This document shows positions 21,601-33,252 of a stretch of 64,000 bases of DNA, piece by piece (positions within the stretch are counted from its first letter, which is position 1; every line of letters begins with the position of its first letter). This DNA is from Scenedesmus sp. PABB004 (lineage: Eukaryota): the NCBI GenBank assembly GCA_014905635.1, contig CM026547.1, positions 2,108,001-2,172,000 on the forward strand. Reading direction: 5' to 3'. Position numbers and translations under genes: made by a program. Under the pieces are notes generated by a model. It was not told the origin of the DNA. It saw only the letters and a program-made list of their open reading frames with translations, and made no database searches.

Positions 21601-23118
21601 CTGGGGCACAACGGCGCGGGCAAGACGACCACCATTCACATGCTGACCGGTGCGCCGCCGCCCCGGGCCCGGGAGGAGGAGGGCGCCCGAGGCCCCGCGC
21701 GCCAGGCGCGCGCGCGGCCGCCGGCCGACCCGCCGCCGCGCCGCCGCGCCGCGCGCGCAGGCATGCTGCAGCCGAGCGGCGGCAGCGCCCGCATCAACGG
21801 CCTGGACATCGCGACGCGCATGCCGGCCATCCGGCAGAGCCTCGGCATCTGCCCCCAGTTCGACATCCTCTGGCGCGCGCCGCGCCGAGTGGGGCAAGGG
21901 GAGGGGGAGAGGCGGGGCGGGCGCGCGCGCGCGCCGAGCCGGCCGGGCGCCGGGCGCGCGCTGAGCGCTGGGCCGCGCCGCGCCGCGCGTCGCCGCGCAG
22001 GCCCGACATCACCGTCGCGGAGCACCTGGCCCTCTACGCCGCCATAAAGGGCGCGGACCGGCGCGAGGCAGAGACCGCCGCGCTGCGCGCGGCCGTGGAG
22101 GTGCGGGCGGCGCCGCCGCGGGCCGGCGCCGCCGCCCGGCGCGCGCGCCGCTGCCCCCGCCCTGCCGACCAGCGCGGCCGCCGTCGCCGCAGGTGGGGCT
22201 CGCTGACAAGCTGGGCAGCCTCGCGGGCGAGCTGTCGGGCGGGCAGCGGCGCAAGCTGTCGGTGGCGATCGCGTTCCTGGGCGACCCAGCGGGTGCGTGC
22301 TTCTGTGTGTGTGGTCGTGTTTGTTGCCCGTGTGGGCGTGGAGCGGGGGAGCAACCGCCCGCACCGCTCAGCCGTCTGCGCCGAGCGCCGTGCTGCGTGC
22401 GGCCCGCATCATGCGCCCCGGCTCACGATGCCGCCCGCTCCCCTGTTTTTCTTTCGCCCTGCCGCCGCGCACAGTGGTGTTCCTGGACGAGCCCACCAGC
22501 GGCATGGACCCGTTCAGCCGGCGCGCCACGTGGGAGGTCATCCGCCGCCGGCGCGGCCGCGCCGCGATCGTGCTGACCACCCACTCCATGGAGGAGGCGG
22601 ACTGCCTCGCCGATGACATCCACATCCTCGCCGAGGGGCGCCTCGTCGCCTCGGGCAGCCCGCTGGAGCTCAAGGCGCGCTACGGCGTGGGCTACACGCT
22701 CACCGCCGTGCTGGCGCACCCCGGCGCGCAGCCGGGCGGCGCGCGGCCCGGGCCGGGCGCCGCGCCCGGCGGCGGCGCGGACGGCGGCGCGGCGGCGCTC
22801 GGGGGCGCGGCGGCGCGCCTCGCGGCGCTCGTGCGCGCGCACGTGCCGGCGGCGGTGCTGCTCAGCGCGGCGGGCGGGGAGGTCGCGCTGCGGCTGCCCA
22901 AGGAGGCGGCCGGCGCGTTCCCCGCGCTGCTGCGCGAGCTCGAGGCGCGGGCGGCCGCCCTCGGCGTCTCCAGTTACGGCCTGTCGGTGACAACGCTGGA
23001 AGAGGTCTTCCTGGCCGTCGCGGACCACGCCGTCACGCTGCACGGCGGCGGCGACGGTGGGAGCGGCGTCGACGGCGGCAGCGGCGGCGGCGGCGGCGGC
23101 GACAGCGGCAGCGGCGGC

Positions 23119-23152
<34 letters not shown>

Positions 23153-23632
23153 GGCGGCGGCGGCGGCGGCGGCGGCGCTGGCGGCGGCGGCGCGGCGGCG
23201 GCGCGGCGGCGGCAAGACGAGCGCCGCCCCGCCGCCGCCGCCGCGCGCCGGCGCGGCCGTCGCGGCCGGCGGCTACGCTGCTCTGCCCGGCGGCGACCCC
23301 GACGACGCGCCCGGCCCCGGCCGCGGCGGCGCCGCGCCGCGCCTGGCCACGGCGCTGCGCTGTACTGGCAGCAGCTCGGCGCGCTCTTCACGAAGCGCCT
23401 CCTCTGCGCGCGGCGCGACCGCCTCGCGTTTGTCACGCAGCTCCTGGTCCCGCTCGGCCTCGTCGCCGCGGCGATGGGCGTGGCGAGCATGCAGGCGTCG
23501 ACGCCCGCGCAGCCGGCGCTGCCGCTCACGCGCGGGCGCTGCCTCGGCGGCACGCCCGCGCTGCTCGCGGCCGCGCCGGCGGTGCGGCAGCAGGTGGAGT
23601 TCAGGGGCCTGCTGGACAGCTACCCCCGGTGA

Positions 23633-23678
<46 letters not shown>

Positions 23679-26600
23679 GCTGTGCCAGCTCCGCTGCGGC
23701 CGCGCCGGCCGCGCCCGGGGCGCTGCCCGACCCGCCGCCCGACCAGCCGCGCCTGCCGTGCCCGCCCAACCCGCCGCGCCCGCCGCCCCCGTGCGGCGCC
23801 AGGTCTGACCTGGTTGACACGCGGTACACGCAGCTCTACCGCGGCAGCGCGGGCCCGCCGCTCAACCTCACGCTCGAGGGCCAGCTGCTGGCGCAGTGGG
23901 CGTCCGGCGCGCCGCGCTTCGACGCCCTCTACGTCGCCGCGCTGCCCCGCCTCGAGGCGCTGCTCGCGCCGCTCGGCGGCGCGCCGGCGCTCACGCTGCT
24001 GCTCAACCAGAGCGCCCCGGCGGCGCTGCCCGCCGCGCTGGGCCAGGCGACCAGCGCGCTGCTGCGCCTCATGGTCGCCGCCGGCGGCGGCGGGCCCAAC
24101 GTGGCGCCGCGCGGCCGCGGCGGCGGCGGCGGCGGCGACGACGGGGGAGGACGGCAGCACCGCGGGGGCGCCCGGCCGCGCGAGCCGCCGCGCGCTGCGC
24201 GGCCAGGGCGGCGGCGCGCCGGCGCGCGGCGCCGCGGCGCGGGCGCCTGCCCTCCTGCCTGCCCGAGATCCGGGCGAGCAGCGCGCCGCTGCCGCTCGTG
24301 CGCGGCGAGGCGGCGGCGCGCGTGCGCGCGGACGCGGGCGCGCTGATGCTGGTGCTGTGCATGACGCTCGCGGTCAGCGTGCTGTCGGCGTCGTTCGTCG
24401 TCTTCCTCGTGCGGTGAGGGCGTGCGGCAGGCCCCGCGGCGGGTCTCGGCGCGCGGCCGGCCGCCTGGCGCGCGCGCGTGGCGCCGCGGCCTGGCCACGG
24501 CCGACGCGGCCCGGCCGCCGCCGCCCGACTCGCGCGCCCACAGGGAGACCGAGAACGGCTCTAAGCACCTCCAGCTCGTGTCGGGCGCGCCGCCGACCGC
24601 GTTCTGGGCGGCCAACTTTGCGTGGGACGCGATCAGCTTTGCGCTCTCCGCGTGCGGCATGCTCGCGCTGGTCGCCTGGTTCAACGCGCCCCAGCTCGCG
24701 GGGCGCCGCCTCGCCGCGCTCGCCGTGCTGCTCGCCGGGTTTGGCCCCGCGGGCATTGGGCTGACCTACCTGTCCCACTCTGCCTTCCGAGTGCGCGCGC
24801 GCCGCACCCCTGGGCCCTCCTCCCACCTGCCCGGCCGTGGCCCCGCCGCCGCCGCGCCGCCCGGCCCGCCGCGTCCGGGTCGCGCGCGCGCGCGCGTCCA
24901 GCTCGCAGCGCCGACCCGCGCCCGCCCCCGCGCCGCCCCGCTTGCAGGACGAGATGCGCGCGCTGCAGCGCCTCAACACAGCCTACTTCCTGCCCGGCTA
25001 CCTGGGCTTCACCGCCACATGGGTGCTCGGCCTCGTCGCGCGCGTGCTCGGGCGCCCGGGGCTCGCCGCCGCGGCCGCGCGCGCGCGCGCGGCCTGCTGC
25101 GCGCGGCGTCGCCGCACTACGGCTTTGCGCAGGCGCTCTACGATATCAGCGCCACCGCGCCAGACGGCGGTGCGGCGCCGCGCCGCGCCACGGGGCACCG
25201 TCGGCGGCCTGCGGGCGCGCGGCCGCCGCGTGAGCGCGCCGCCCCGCGCGCCCCGCGCGCGCAGGCGGCCTGCCCGTGCCGGGGCTGCAGCCGGAGGGCC
25301 CGACCGACCCGTTTGCCTGGGAGGTGCTGGGCACCGCGCTCGCGCACCTCGCCGCGCAGGCCGTGGTGTTTGGCGGCGCCGCCGTGCTGCTCGACGTCGG
25401 CGTCGGCCAGCTGCTGCGGCGCTGGCGGCGGCCGGCGCGGCCGCCGCCGGCGCGGCCGCGCCGCGGCGCGCCCGGGCTGGCGGAGGACGCGGGCGTCGCC
25501 GCGGAGCGGCGCGCGGTGCAGGCGGGCGAGCGCCTGGACGAGGCCATGGTGCGGCGCGCGCGGGGGCGGCAGCGCGCCGCACGCCGGGCGGCCGGCGGCC
25601 GGCGGCCGGGCGCGCGCGCCCGCCGAGCCCGGCGCCGCGCCCACGCGGCTGCGCATGCGCGCCTCTGCGCCGCGCAGGTCGTGCTGGACGGCGTGACCAA
25701 GTCGTACCCCCAGGGCCCGGGCGAGCCGCGGCTGCTGGCGGTGGCGGGCCTCTGGCTGCGCGTGTGGCCGGGCGAGTGCTTTGGCCTGCTCGGCGTCAAC
25801 GGCGCGGGCAAGACAACCACCTTTAAACTTCTCACCGGCGAGGCGGCGCCCGACGCGGGCAACGCGACGATCGCGGGGCGCTCGGTGCTCACGCAGCTCG
25901 CGGCGGCGCGGTGCGCGGCGCCCCCCGCGCGCACCCGCCGCCGCAGCGCGCGCGCCTGCGCCCGCGCCCCGCCCGCCGCCCCGCGCCCACGGGGCCCCGC
26001 GCGCGCCGCCGCGGCGCGGCGCGGCGCCGCCCGCGCAGGCGCTGCCTGGGGTACTGCCCCCAGTTTGAGGCGCTGCCGGGCGCGATGACGGGGCGCGAGG
26101 TGCTGGCCCTCTACGCGCGCCTGCGCGGCGTGGCGGCGGCGGCCGACGTGTCGGCCATGGCCGACGCGCTGCTGGCGCGGCTCGGCCTGTCGGCCTACGG
26201 CGACACGCCGTGCGGCGCGCTCAGCGGCGGCAGCAAGCGCAAGCTCAGCGTCGCCGTCGCGCTCGTGGGCGGGCCGCCGCTCGTGCTGCTCGACGAGCCG
26301 TCCACGGGGATGGACCCCTCTGCGCGCCGCTTCCTCTGGCGCGTGCTGCAGGTGCGCGCCCCGCTCCGCCCCGCCCCGCCCGTGCCGGGCCGGCGCGCGT
26401 CGCGCGCCGCGCGCGCCGCGGCGGCAGGCCGCGCACCCGGCGCGGCCGCCGCGCCGCCGACGCCCCCCCCCCCCCCCCGGCGCAGTCCGAGGTGCTGGGC
26501 GCGGGGCGGACCATCATCCTCACCAGCCACTCCATGGAGGAGGTCGACGCGCTCGCGAGCCGCCTCGCCATTCTAGCGGCCGGGCGCGCGCGGTGCTGCG

Positions 26601-27097
26601 GCACGCCGCAGCGCCTCAAGGGCGCCTACGGCGACGGCTACACGCTCGAGCTGCGCCTGCGCCCGCGCCCGCCCGGGGCCGCGGGGCAGCAGGGCGCGGC
26701 GGGGCAGGAGGGCGCGGAGCAGCAGCAGCAGGGCGCGGAACAGGCGCAGGGCGTGGGGCAGCGGGAGCTGCCCGAGCCGGCGGCCGCGGCGGCGGCCGCC
26801 GCCGCCGACGCCGCGACGGCCGCGGCCGAGCGCCACTTCCTCGCGGCGCTGCCGGGCGCGGTGGTGCTCGAGCGCGAGCCGGGGCGGCTGCTGCTGCGCC
26901 TGCCGATCGCCTCGCCGGGCGCCGGCACCGGCGGCGGCGCGGGGCGGGGCGGTCTGTCGCTCGCGGACGCGTTTGAGGCGGTCGAGCGCGGCCGCGCTGC
27001 TCTGGGCGTAAGCGAGTTCAGCCTGAGCCAGAGCAGCCTGGAGCGCGTGTTCCTGGCGCTCGCGGCGGCCGCGGCCGCCCCTGCCGACGGCGAGTGA
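18691..27097 (+). CDS. ABCA: Full-size ABC transporter, subfamily A (TMD-NBD-TMD-NBD), ~20 exons, with apparent frameshifts in this assembly
   Basis: [36 protein letters not shown]1: [56 protein letters not shown]2: [57 protein letters not shown]. Confidence 0.96.
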
Positions 27098-27152
27098 GCG
27101 CGCGGTGCGGGCGGGGGCGGAGGTGTGGAACGCTCTCGCTCTCGACTTAGTC

Positions 27153-27157
27153 TTACA
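27153..27157 (-). terminator. TGTAA polyadenylation signal, probably of the small CxxC gene
   Basis: TTACA on the + strand, ~350 nt downstream of the stop at 27510. Confidence 0.5.
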
Positions 27158-27509
27158 ACGGCGGCCGGCGGCCGCGAGCGAGCCCGCGGCCCGCCGCCGT
27201 GGCCAGCCTGAACAGCCACACAAGCGCCAATCCTGTGCAGCAGCAGCGCGGGGCGCGCCCACGCACCGGCGATGCGCGCTGCGCGGTGGTGATGATGATA
27301 CAGCGGGCCAGCGGCCGCGCACACGTGTCTCAGTGCCCGCGCCGACCCGGCGTTCTGACTCTGCACGCACACCTGCACCTGACCTGGCGCACACGCGCCG
27401 CCCGCGGCCGACGCACGCTGCCCCCCCCCCCCCCCCCCTCGCGCCGCCGGAGGGCGGCGCCGGGCGGGCTGCCGGGCTCCTAGCGAGCCCCCGCGCCTGC
27501 TTCAGAGCT

Positions 27510-27866
27510 TCACTCCTCGAAGCTCCGCAGTGCGCTGGGCGCGCGGCCGGCCGCGGGCGGCGCGTGCGCGCCGCCGGCCTGTGCGCCGCGCGCCTCGGGC
27601 CCGGCCCGGGGCGCCTGGTGGTGGTCGTCCTGCGCCGCGAGGCGGGCCACGGCCAGCCCGCCAAGCGTGGCGCCGAGAGCGCCGCCGATGGCGGGCGCCG
27701 CGCCGATGACGGCCGCGGTGATGCACATCGGGCAGAACGCTGCCTTGACGCTGCCACGTGGCGCCGGCGCGGGCGGGCGCACGCCGCCGCCTCCGCGCGG
27801 CGCCGCGCGCAGCACCGGCGCAGCCGGCGCGGCGGCGGCGCGCGAGGCCTTGACGATCGTGGCCAT
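27510..27866 (-). CDS. Small plastid-targeted single-pass membrane protein with an N-terminal CPMC motif
   Basis: [17 protein letters not shown]...RGSVKA transit-like peptide, then AFCPMCITAAVIGAAPAIGGALGATLGGLAVARL hydrophobic segment. ATG in CC-ATG-G context; a TATA-like CATAAA lies near 28112-28117. Confidence 0.7.
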   Translation of the reverse strand: MATIVKASRAAAAPAAPVLRAAPRGGGGVRPPAPAPRGSVKAAFCPMCITAAVIGAAPAIGGALGATLGGLAVARLAAQDDHHQAPRAGPEARGAQAGGAHAPPAAGRAPSALRSFEE

Positions 27867-28363
27867 GGGTGCAGGCCGGGGAGGCGGGGCCGGCAGCTGG
27901 CGGCTGCGAGCGTGACCGCTGCCGCAAGTTGTTGAGCGTGCTCGGCCCGGCGTCGCCTGCTGGCTGCGCGCTCAGTGGCTGCGCTCAGACGGTCGATCAG
28001 GGGGGCGCGGCACGGCTGGGCGGCGGCGCTCGCGCGGAGGGCGTGGCAGCTGCTGCGCGGGAGCTGTCGCGTGCTCGGCGGTGCGTGGCGAGCGGCCCAG
28101 GGTCGCCGGGCTTTATGCGGGCAGCCGGGAAACAGCCGCGGGGCAGGTGCGGGCCCAGCTTTGGGCGGCCAGGTGCCCGCCAGCGGCGGCGCCGCGCCGG
28201 CGAGGTACTCTGGACCGCGCATGACCGGCGGTAAAGCAGGACGCCAGCCGTGAAGCCGTACGCGCGTCACGACGCCACGCAAACGCCGCCGCTGCAGTCA
28301 CAGCGCGCGGCGCTCCCCGCCCGCGCTCAGAGCCAGCCGCACTGCGCTGCCGCCGTCGCACGC

Positions 28364-30389
28364 TCACAGCCCGGTCAGCCACACCGGGCGGTGCAGCACG
28401 ACCTCCAGCTCCACGCCAAACTGCGCCGCGCAGCGCACGGCGTTGCCGTTGGCCGTCAGCGTGACCGCGCGCGCGGCGTCGCCGAGGGCAAACACGGCGC
28501 GCTGCTGCGCGCTGAGCTTGGCGATGCGCGCGATGCGCGGCGGCTCGGCGTAGAACGGCAGCGGCGCCGCCGGCCCCTCGCCCTCCTCCGGCGCCGCGGG
28601 CGCCGCGCAGCCGGCAGCTGCCACGACCGCGACGCCCCCGCCGCGCAGGCCCGCGCCGCCGCGCCGGCGCCGGCGCCGTGGAGCCCGACGCCGCAGTCGC
28701 AGCAGGCGCCGCCCGGCGCGTCGCAGCGGTGGTGCACGCGCACGCGCGCCTGGAGCTCCGCCCAGCGCGTGCGCTCGCGCGGCCCCCCAAAGCGCATGAG
28801 CTTGCCAAACTGCGCCACCGCGGCGCAGCTCGCGATCAGCGCCTGGCCGTCGGCCAGGCATGCGCTGAGCTTGTGCTGCAGCAGGGGGCTCGCGCGCTGC
28901 GCGGTGAGGCAGTCCTGCGGAGGCGCGCGGGGCGGGGGCGGGGCGCGCCGCGGTCACGGTCGGGCCTGCCGCCGAGCACGGCGCCGTGCCCGCGCGGCGG
29001 GCGGCGAGCTGCGTCGCGCGCCCGCGCGGCTGCCCCGCGGCGCACCGTCCAGTGGGTGGTGCGCGCGGCCCACGCGGCGAGCTGTGGGGAGTCTGGGTCG
29101 GCCCAGGAGACCTCCGACACCAGCGCGCACATGGCCGTCACGTCGAGGTTCACAGCTGACCCGGCGGCGTGATCCCCGGGCACCGGCAGCGCGGCCAGCG
29201 AGCCTGAGCAGCGACGGCCCGCGCAGGGGCGGCAGCTCAGCCGGCGCGGCGCGTGTGGCGCCGCAGGGCCAGCTGCCGGCGCGCGCCGCCGGCGGCGCGC
29301 CGCACCTGGCCCGTCCGCCACGGCCGCGCCGAGCGCGCGCACCGCGTCCGCGACCTCCTGCGACACGCCCGAGGGAAAGAACACCACCACCGCGGGCCGC
29401 TGCCAGCGGCGGCTGTTCACGGGCGCCGCCGCCACGGCGAGCAGGTCGGCCACCTGCTGCTGCAGGCCGCGGCCGTGCCCCGGCGCGCCGCGCCAGTGGG
29501 CCGAGTCGAGCCCGAAGCGGCGCTGGTTCTTGACCTCAATCCAGGCCAGGCCGCCAGCAGCGACCACGTCCACCTCCACCGTCACCGCGCCGCCCCCCGG
29601 CGGCGGCTGCGGCGCCTCGCCGGGCTCCACGGGCGAGTCGGGCAGGGCGTACGTGTTGCGGCCCCGCACCGCCGCGCCCGCGGGGCGCCGGCACCGCTCC
29701 GCCCCGCCGCCGCCAGCGCTGCTGGCGCTGCTGGCGCTGCTGGCGCTGCTGGCGTGGCTGCTGCCGGCGCTGCTGCCGGTGCTGGTGCTGCTGTCGCTGC
29801 TGTCACTGCCGTCACTGCTGCCGTCGGACGGCCGCTGCGACAGGCGGCAGCTCGGCGCCCAGATTCTCGGCGGCAAGCTGCTGAACTTGCGGCAGACGGC
29901 GACCACGCCGGGCGCCTCGTGCAGCGCCAGCAGCTCGCCTTGAAAGCCGACTAAATTGTTGACCACGCCCTGCAGGCGCCGCCGGCTCGCCTCCGCAGCG
30001 CCGACGCTGCCGGCGGCGGCCTCCTCCGCGGCGGCCGTCTGGCAGAAGGCCAGCTCGCGCCGGATGCGGGACGCGAGCTTGCCGAGGTTGGAGACCTCAG
30101 GCCGAGCGCTGCCAAAGGCCTCGACCGCGGCGGCGCGCTCGGCCAGGAGCGCGGCGAGCTGCGCCAGCGTGGGCCGCCCTGCGCCAGCGTCCAGCTCGCC
30201 CACATTTCCTTGAAACGGCAGCGGCGACAGAGGGCACAGCTGCGCCGTGGATGCCAGCCCGTGGTGCTGCTGCGACTGCATCGCCAACGCCACCAGCGCG
30301 CGCCGATGGTGCAGCAGCGCCGCGTGCGGCCTCGCGTGGAGCGCGAACGCAGCGTTCGTGACTCGTCGGTGCGCGGAGAGGGACTGCAT
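28364..30389 (-). CDS. UPF0415/C7orf25-like protein (DUF1308)
   Basis: VEVDVVAAGGLAWIEVK, VVVFFPSGVS, VNLDVTAMCALVSEVS, FGGPRERTRW, TLTANG...VLHRPVWLTG. The start could be the in-frame ATG at 30521 or the one at 30389. Confidence 0.85.
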
Positions 30390-30602
30390 CGAGCGGAGCT
30401 GCGCGCTTGTTCGTTCAGCAGCGGCGGCGGCAGCAGCCGCAGCAGCCCCAGCAACTCGGGCGCGCCGCGCGCGCGCACGCACTGACACAGTGGCCGCCGA
30501 CGGAGCAGCGGGGGCATGCATGCCGCGCGCGCGCAAAGCTCTGAACCCCGCCCGAGCAAGCTGCGGCGCGGCGCCGCTGCGCCGCGCCCGCGCGCCGCGG
30601 CG

Positions 30603-31543
30603 TCAGGCCTTCTTGCCGCCGCCAAAGCCGCCAAAGCCCATGAGCGCCATCATGTCCTCGTCCGCCCCGCCCAGGCCGCCGTCGTCGTCGCCGTCGCGCG
30701 CGGCGCGCTTGGCGGCGCGCTTGGCCTCCTTCTTCTCCGCCTTGAGCCGCTCCTCCTCCGCCTCGCGCTCCGCGAGGCGGCGGTCGATGCCGTCCGGCAG
30801 GTAGTCGTCCGGCCGCGCCGCCGCCGCCTTCTCCTTGTGCAGCTGCAGCCGGTTCTTGACCTGCGGCGCGGCGCGGCCGTGGCGGACGCGGAGCCGTCAG
30901 CCGCGCCGCCGCCGGCGGCGCTGCGGCGCGCGCGCGCGGGCTGCCGGCGCAGCAACCGCCGCCGCCGCGGCGCCGGCTGCCGCCCCTGCACCGCCCGGCG
31001 CCCCGCTGCGCCGCCCCGCTGCGCCGCCGCCGCGCGTCCGCGCGTCCGCGCGTTCGCCGCCGCCGCCCCCGCCGCCGCGCCGCGCCGCGCCGCGCCGCGC
31101 CGCGCCGCGCCGCGCCGCCGCGCCTGCTCCACGGTCGAGGCCTCGACCTTCATGCTCATCCCGAGCGCGCGGTTGTGGTACTTGCCGTTGATGTGGTCCA
31201 GGTAGGACTGGCTGTCGCGGAGCACGCAGTCGCACACGCTGCAGTAGTAGCCCGCCTGCTGCGAGAGCGGCGTGTTGAGGCCGATGACCTGGCTCTTGCC
31301 CAGGCGCTCGCCGAGGTTGACCTCGTAGCTGCGCATCTGCAGGCTGCTGCGCGCGACGATGAGGCCCTGGTGCAGCGGGTCGCGCTCGAGGCGCTTGCGC
31401 TTACGCACGGCGAGCGCGGTCTCGTCGTCATCGTGCGCCGCCGCCTTCTTCTCGCGCTCCGCCGCCTTCTCGACAAACTCCTCGCGGTCCCACGTGCGGC
31501 GCGCGGTGTTGTCCACGCCCGACTTGCCGCCGCGCTTGGACAT
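30603..31543 (-). CDS. ZMAT2: U4/U6.U5 tri-snRNP zinc-finger protein ZMAT2/Snu23
   Basis: GVDNTARRTWDREEF, QQAGYYCSVCDCVLRDSQSYLDHINGKYHNRALGMSMKVE, C-terminal MMALMGFGGFGG. One GC-AG intron. Confidence 0.95.
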
Positions 31544-32052
31544 CGCGGCCGCCGGCGCCGCGCGCGCGGCGGGGCGGCCGGCCGACCGCGCGCCGCCGCC
31601 GCTGCTGCCTGCCCGCCGCGCTGCCGCGCCGCGCGCGCGCTGCCGCCGCCGCGCGCCGCACGGGGCGGAAGGGGGCTCCCGGGCGTGAGGGGCCGCCCGT
31701 GCGCGGGCTGCAGGCCCGGCCGGGCGCGCCTGGCTGCGGGGGAGGGGCTGCGACAGCGCTGCTGTGCGGCCACGAGTCGCGGTGTCGCGCGGTGTTGTTG
31801 TTGCCCCGGTGAGGGCTGCACGGGCCCTGTGCCGCTGTGTGGACGGGGCAAGGCGATGTGAGCCCTGCGCGACCGACCGCCAGACTCCCCCGGCTGCGCG
31901 CCCCTCTCCTGCGGCGCTCGCCGATCGCCGGCGCCCACACACGCGGCGCCGTGACCTCCACCGCACCTCGCTCACGCCGCAGACCGGCACGCCTCACCGC
32001 CCGCGCCCGCGCACGCGTCGATCACCGGCGCGCGAAGCTTCCAGCGCGCGCC

Positions 32053-32891
32053 ATGGCGCTCATCCCCACCGTCAAGTGGGCGCAGCGCGAGGCGGTGGTG
32101 TACCTGACCATCGACGTGCAGGACTCCAAGGGTGCGCCGCGCCGGCGGCCGCGCCGGCGACCGCGGAGCAGCGGCGGCGCGCCGCGCGGCGCCCCGCGCG
32201 CGCCGCGCGCCCGTGCGCCCGCGCGGCGCGCCGATCCGCGGCGGCCGCGCGCACGCCGCGCCCTGGTCGGCGGCGCGCTGTGTGCGGCGGCGCGGGGGGA
32301 GGGCTCACGCGCGGGCGCCGCCGCTGCGCACGCGCGCGCCCTCGCGGCGCAGAGCCCAAGCTCGAGGTCACCAACAGCGAGGACGGCAAGAACGGGCACC
32401 TCACCTACCGCGCCACGGCGAGCGGCGGCGTGGAGGACCAGGAGTACGCGCTGGACCTGATGCTCTACGGCGGCGTGGACAAGGAGAAGTCGCGCATCAC
32501 GATCAGCCCGCGCAGCGTCTTCCTCGTGCTCGAGAAGAGCGAGGCGGGGACGTGGCCGCGCCTGACCAAGGACACGGGGCGGCACCTGAGCCACATCAAG
32601 GTCGACTGGGACAAGTGGGTCGACAGCGACGACGAGGGCGACGACGCGTTTGACCCCTCCGCGATGGGCGACTTCAGCAGCCTAGGCGGCATGGGCGGCG
32701 GCCTGGGCGGCATGATGGGCGGCGGCATGGGCGGCCTGGCCGGCATGATGGGCGGCGGCATGGGCGGCCTGGACGGCATCGACTTCAGCGCGCTCGGCGG
32801 CGGCGGCGGCGGCGACGGCGAGCCGGGCGGCGCGGGCGACGCCGCGGGCGCCGACAGCGACGACGAGGACCTGCCCGAGCTACAGGCCTGA
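32053..32891 (+). CDS. p23: Hsp90 co-chaperone p23 (CS domain, GM-rich acidic tail)
   Basis: PTVKWAQREAVVYLTIDV, WPRLTK, IKVDWDKWVDSDDE, GGMGG repeats, DSDDEDLPEL. One intron. Confidence 0.95.
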
Positions 32892-33252
32892 GCGCACGCG
32901 CGGCGCCGCCGGCCGGCCGGCCGGCGCTGCTGCAGGCGCAGCAGCCGCCGCGCGCGGGGCGGGCGGGCGGGGCGGGCGGGTGCACTGCGCATGCCGCGCT
33001 GCAGGCCGTTGCATCGCCGTTGCGGTGCAGGGCGCGGCTGGGCTGTTGGCGTTGCTGAGAGCGGCGCGCGCGCGGGTCGCAGAGTTCAGTAATCGCTGCT
33101 GCCACCTCGCGGCGGGGGCCGCCGCGCCGCCGGCGCGCCGCGCCGCCACGCGCCGCCACGCGCCCAGGGCCGAGGCGGCGCCGCCGTGCAGCAGTGCCCC
33201 CAGCCCCGGCTCGGCAGCGTGCCGCGCACCGCCCAAGGGTCCGCCCCGGGCC

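Noticed and set aside
7368..27866. Selenoprotein-type TGA read-through in the GST or the CxxC microprotein
   Set aside because: The redox-site residues are ordinary Cys codons, the TGAs fall at natural C-termini, and I saw no SECIS-like element.
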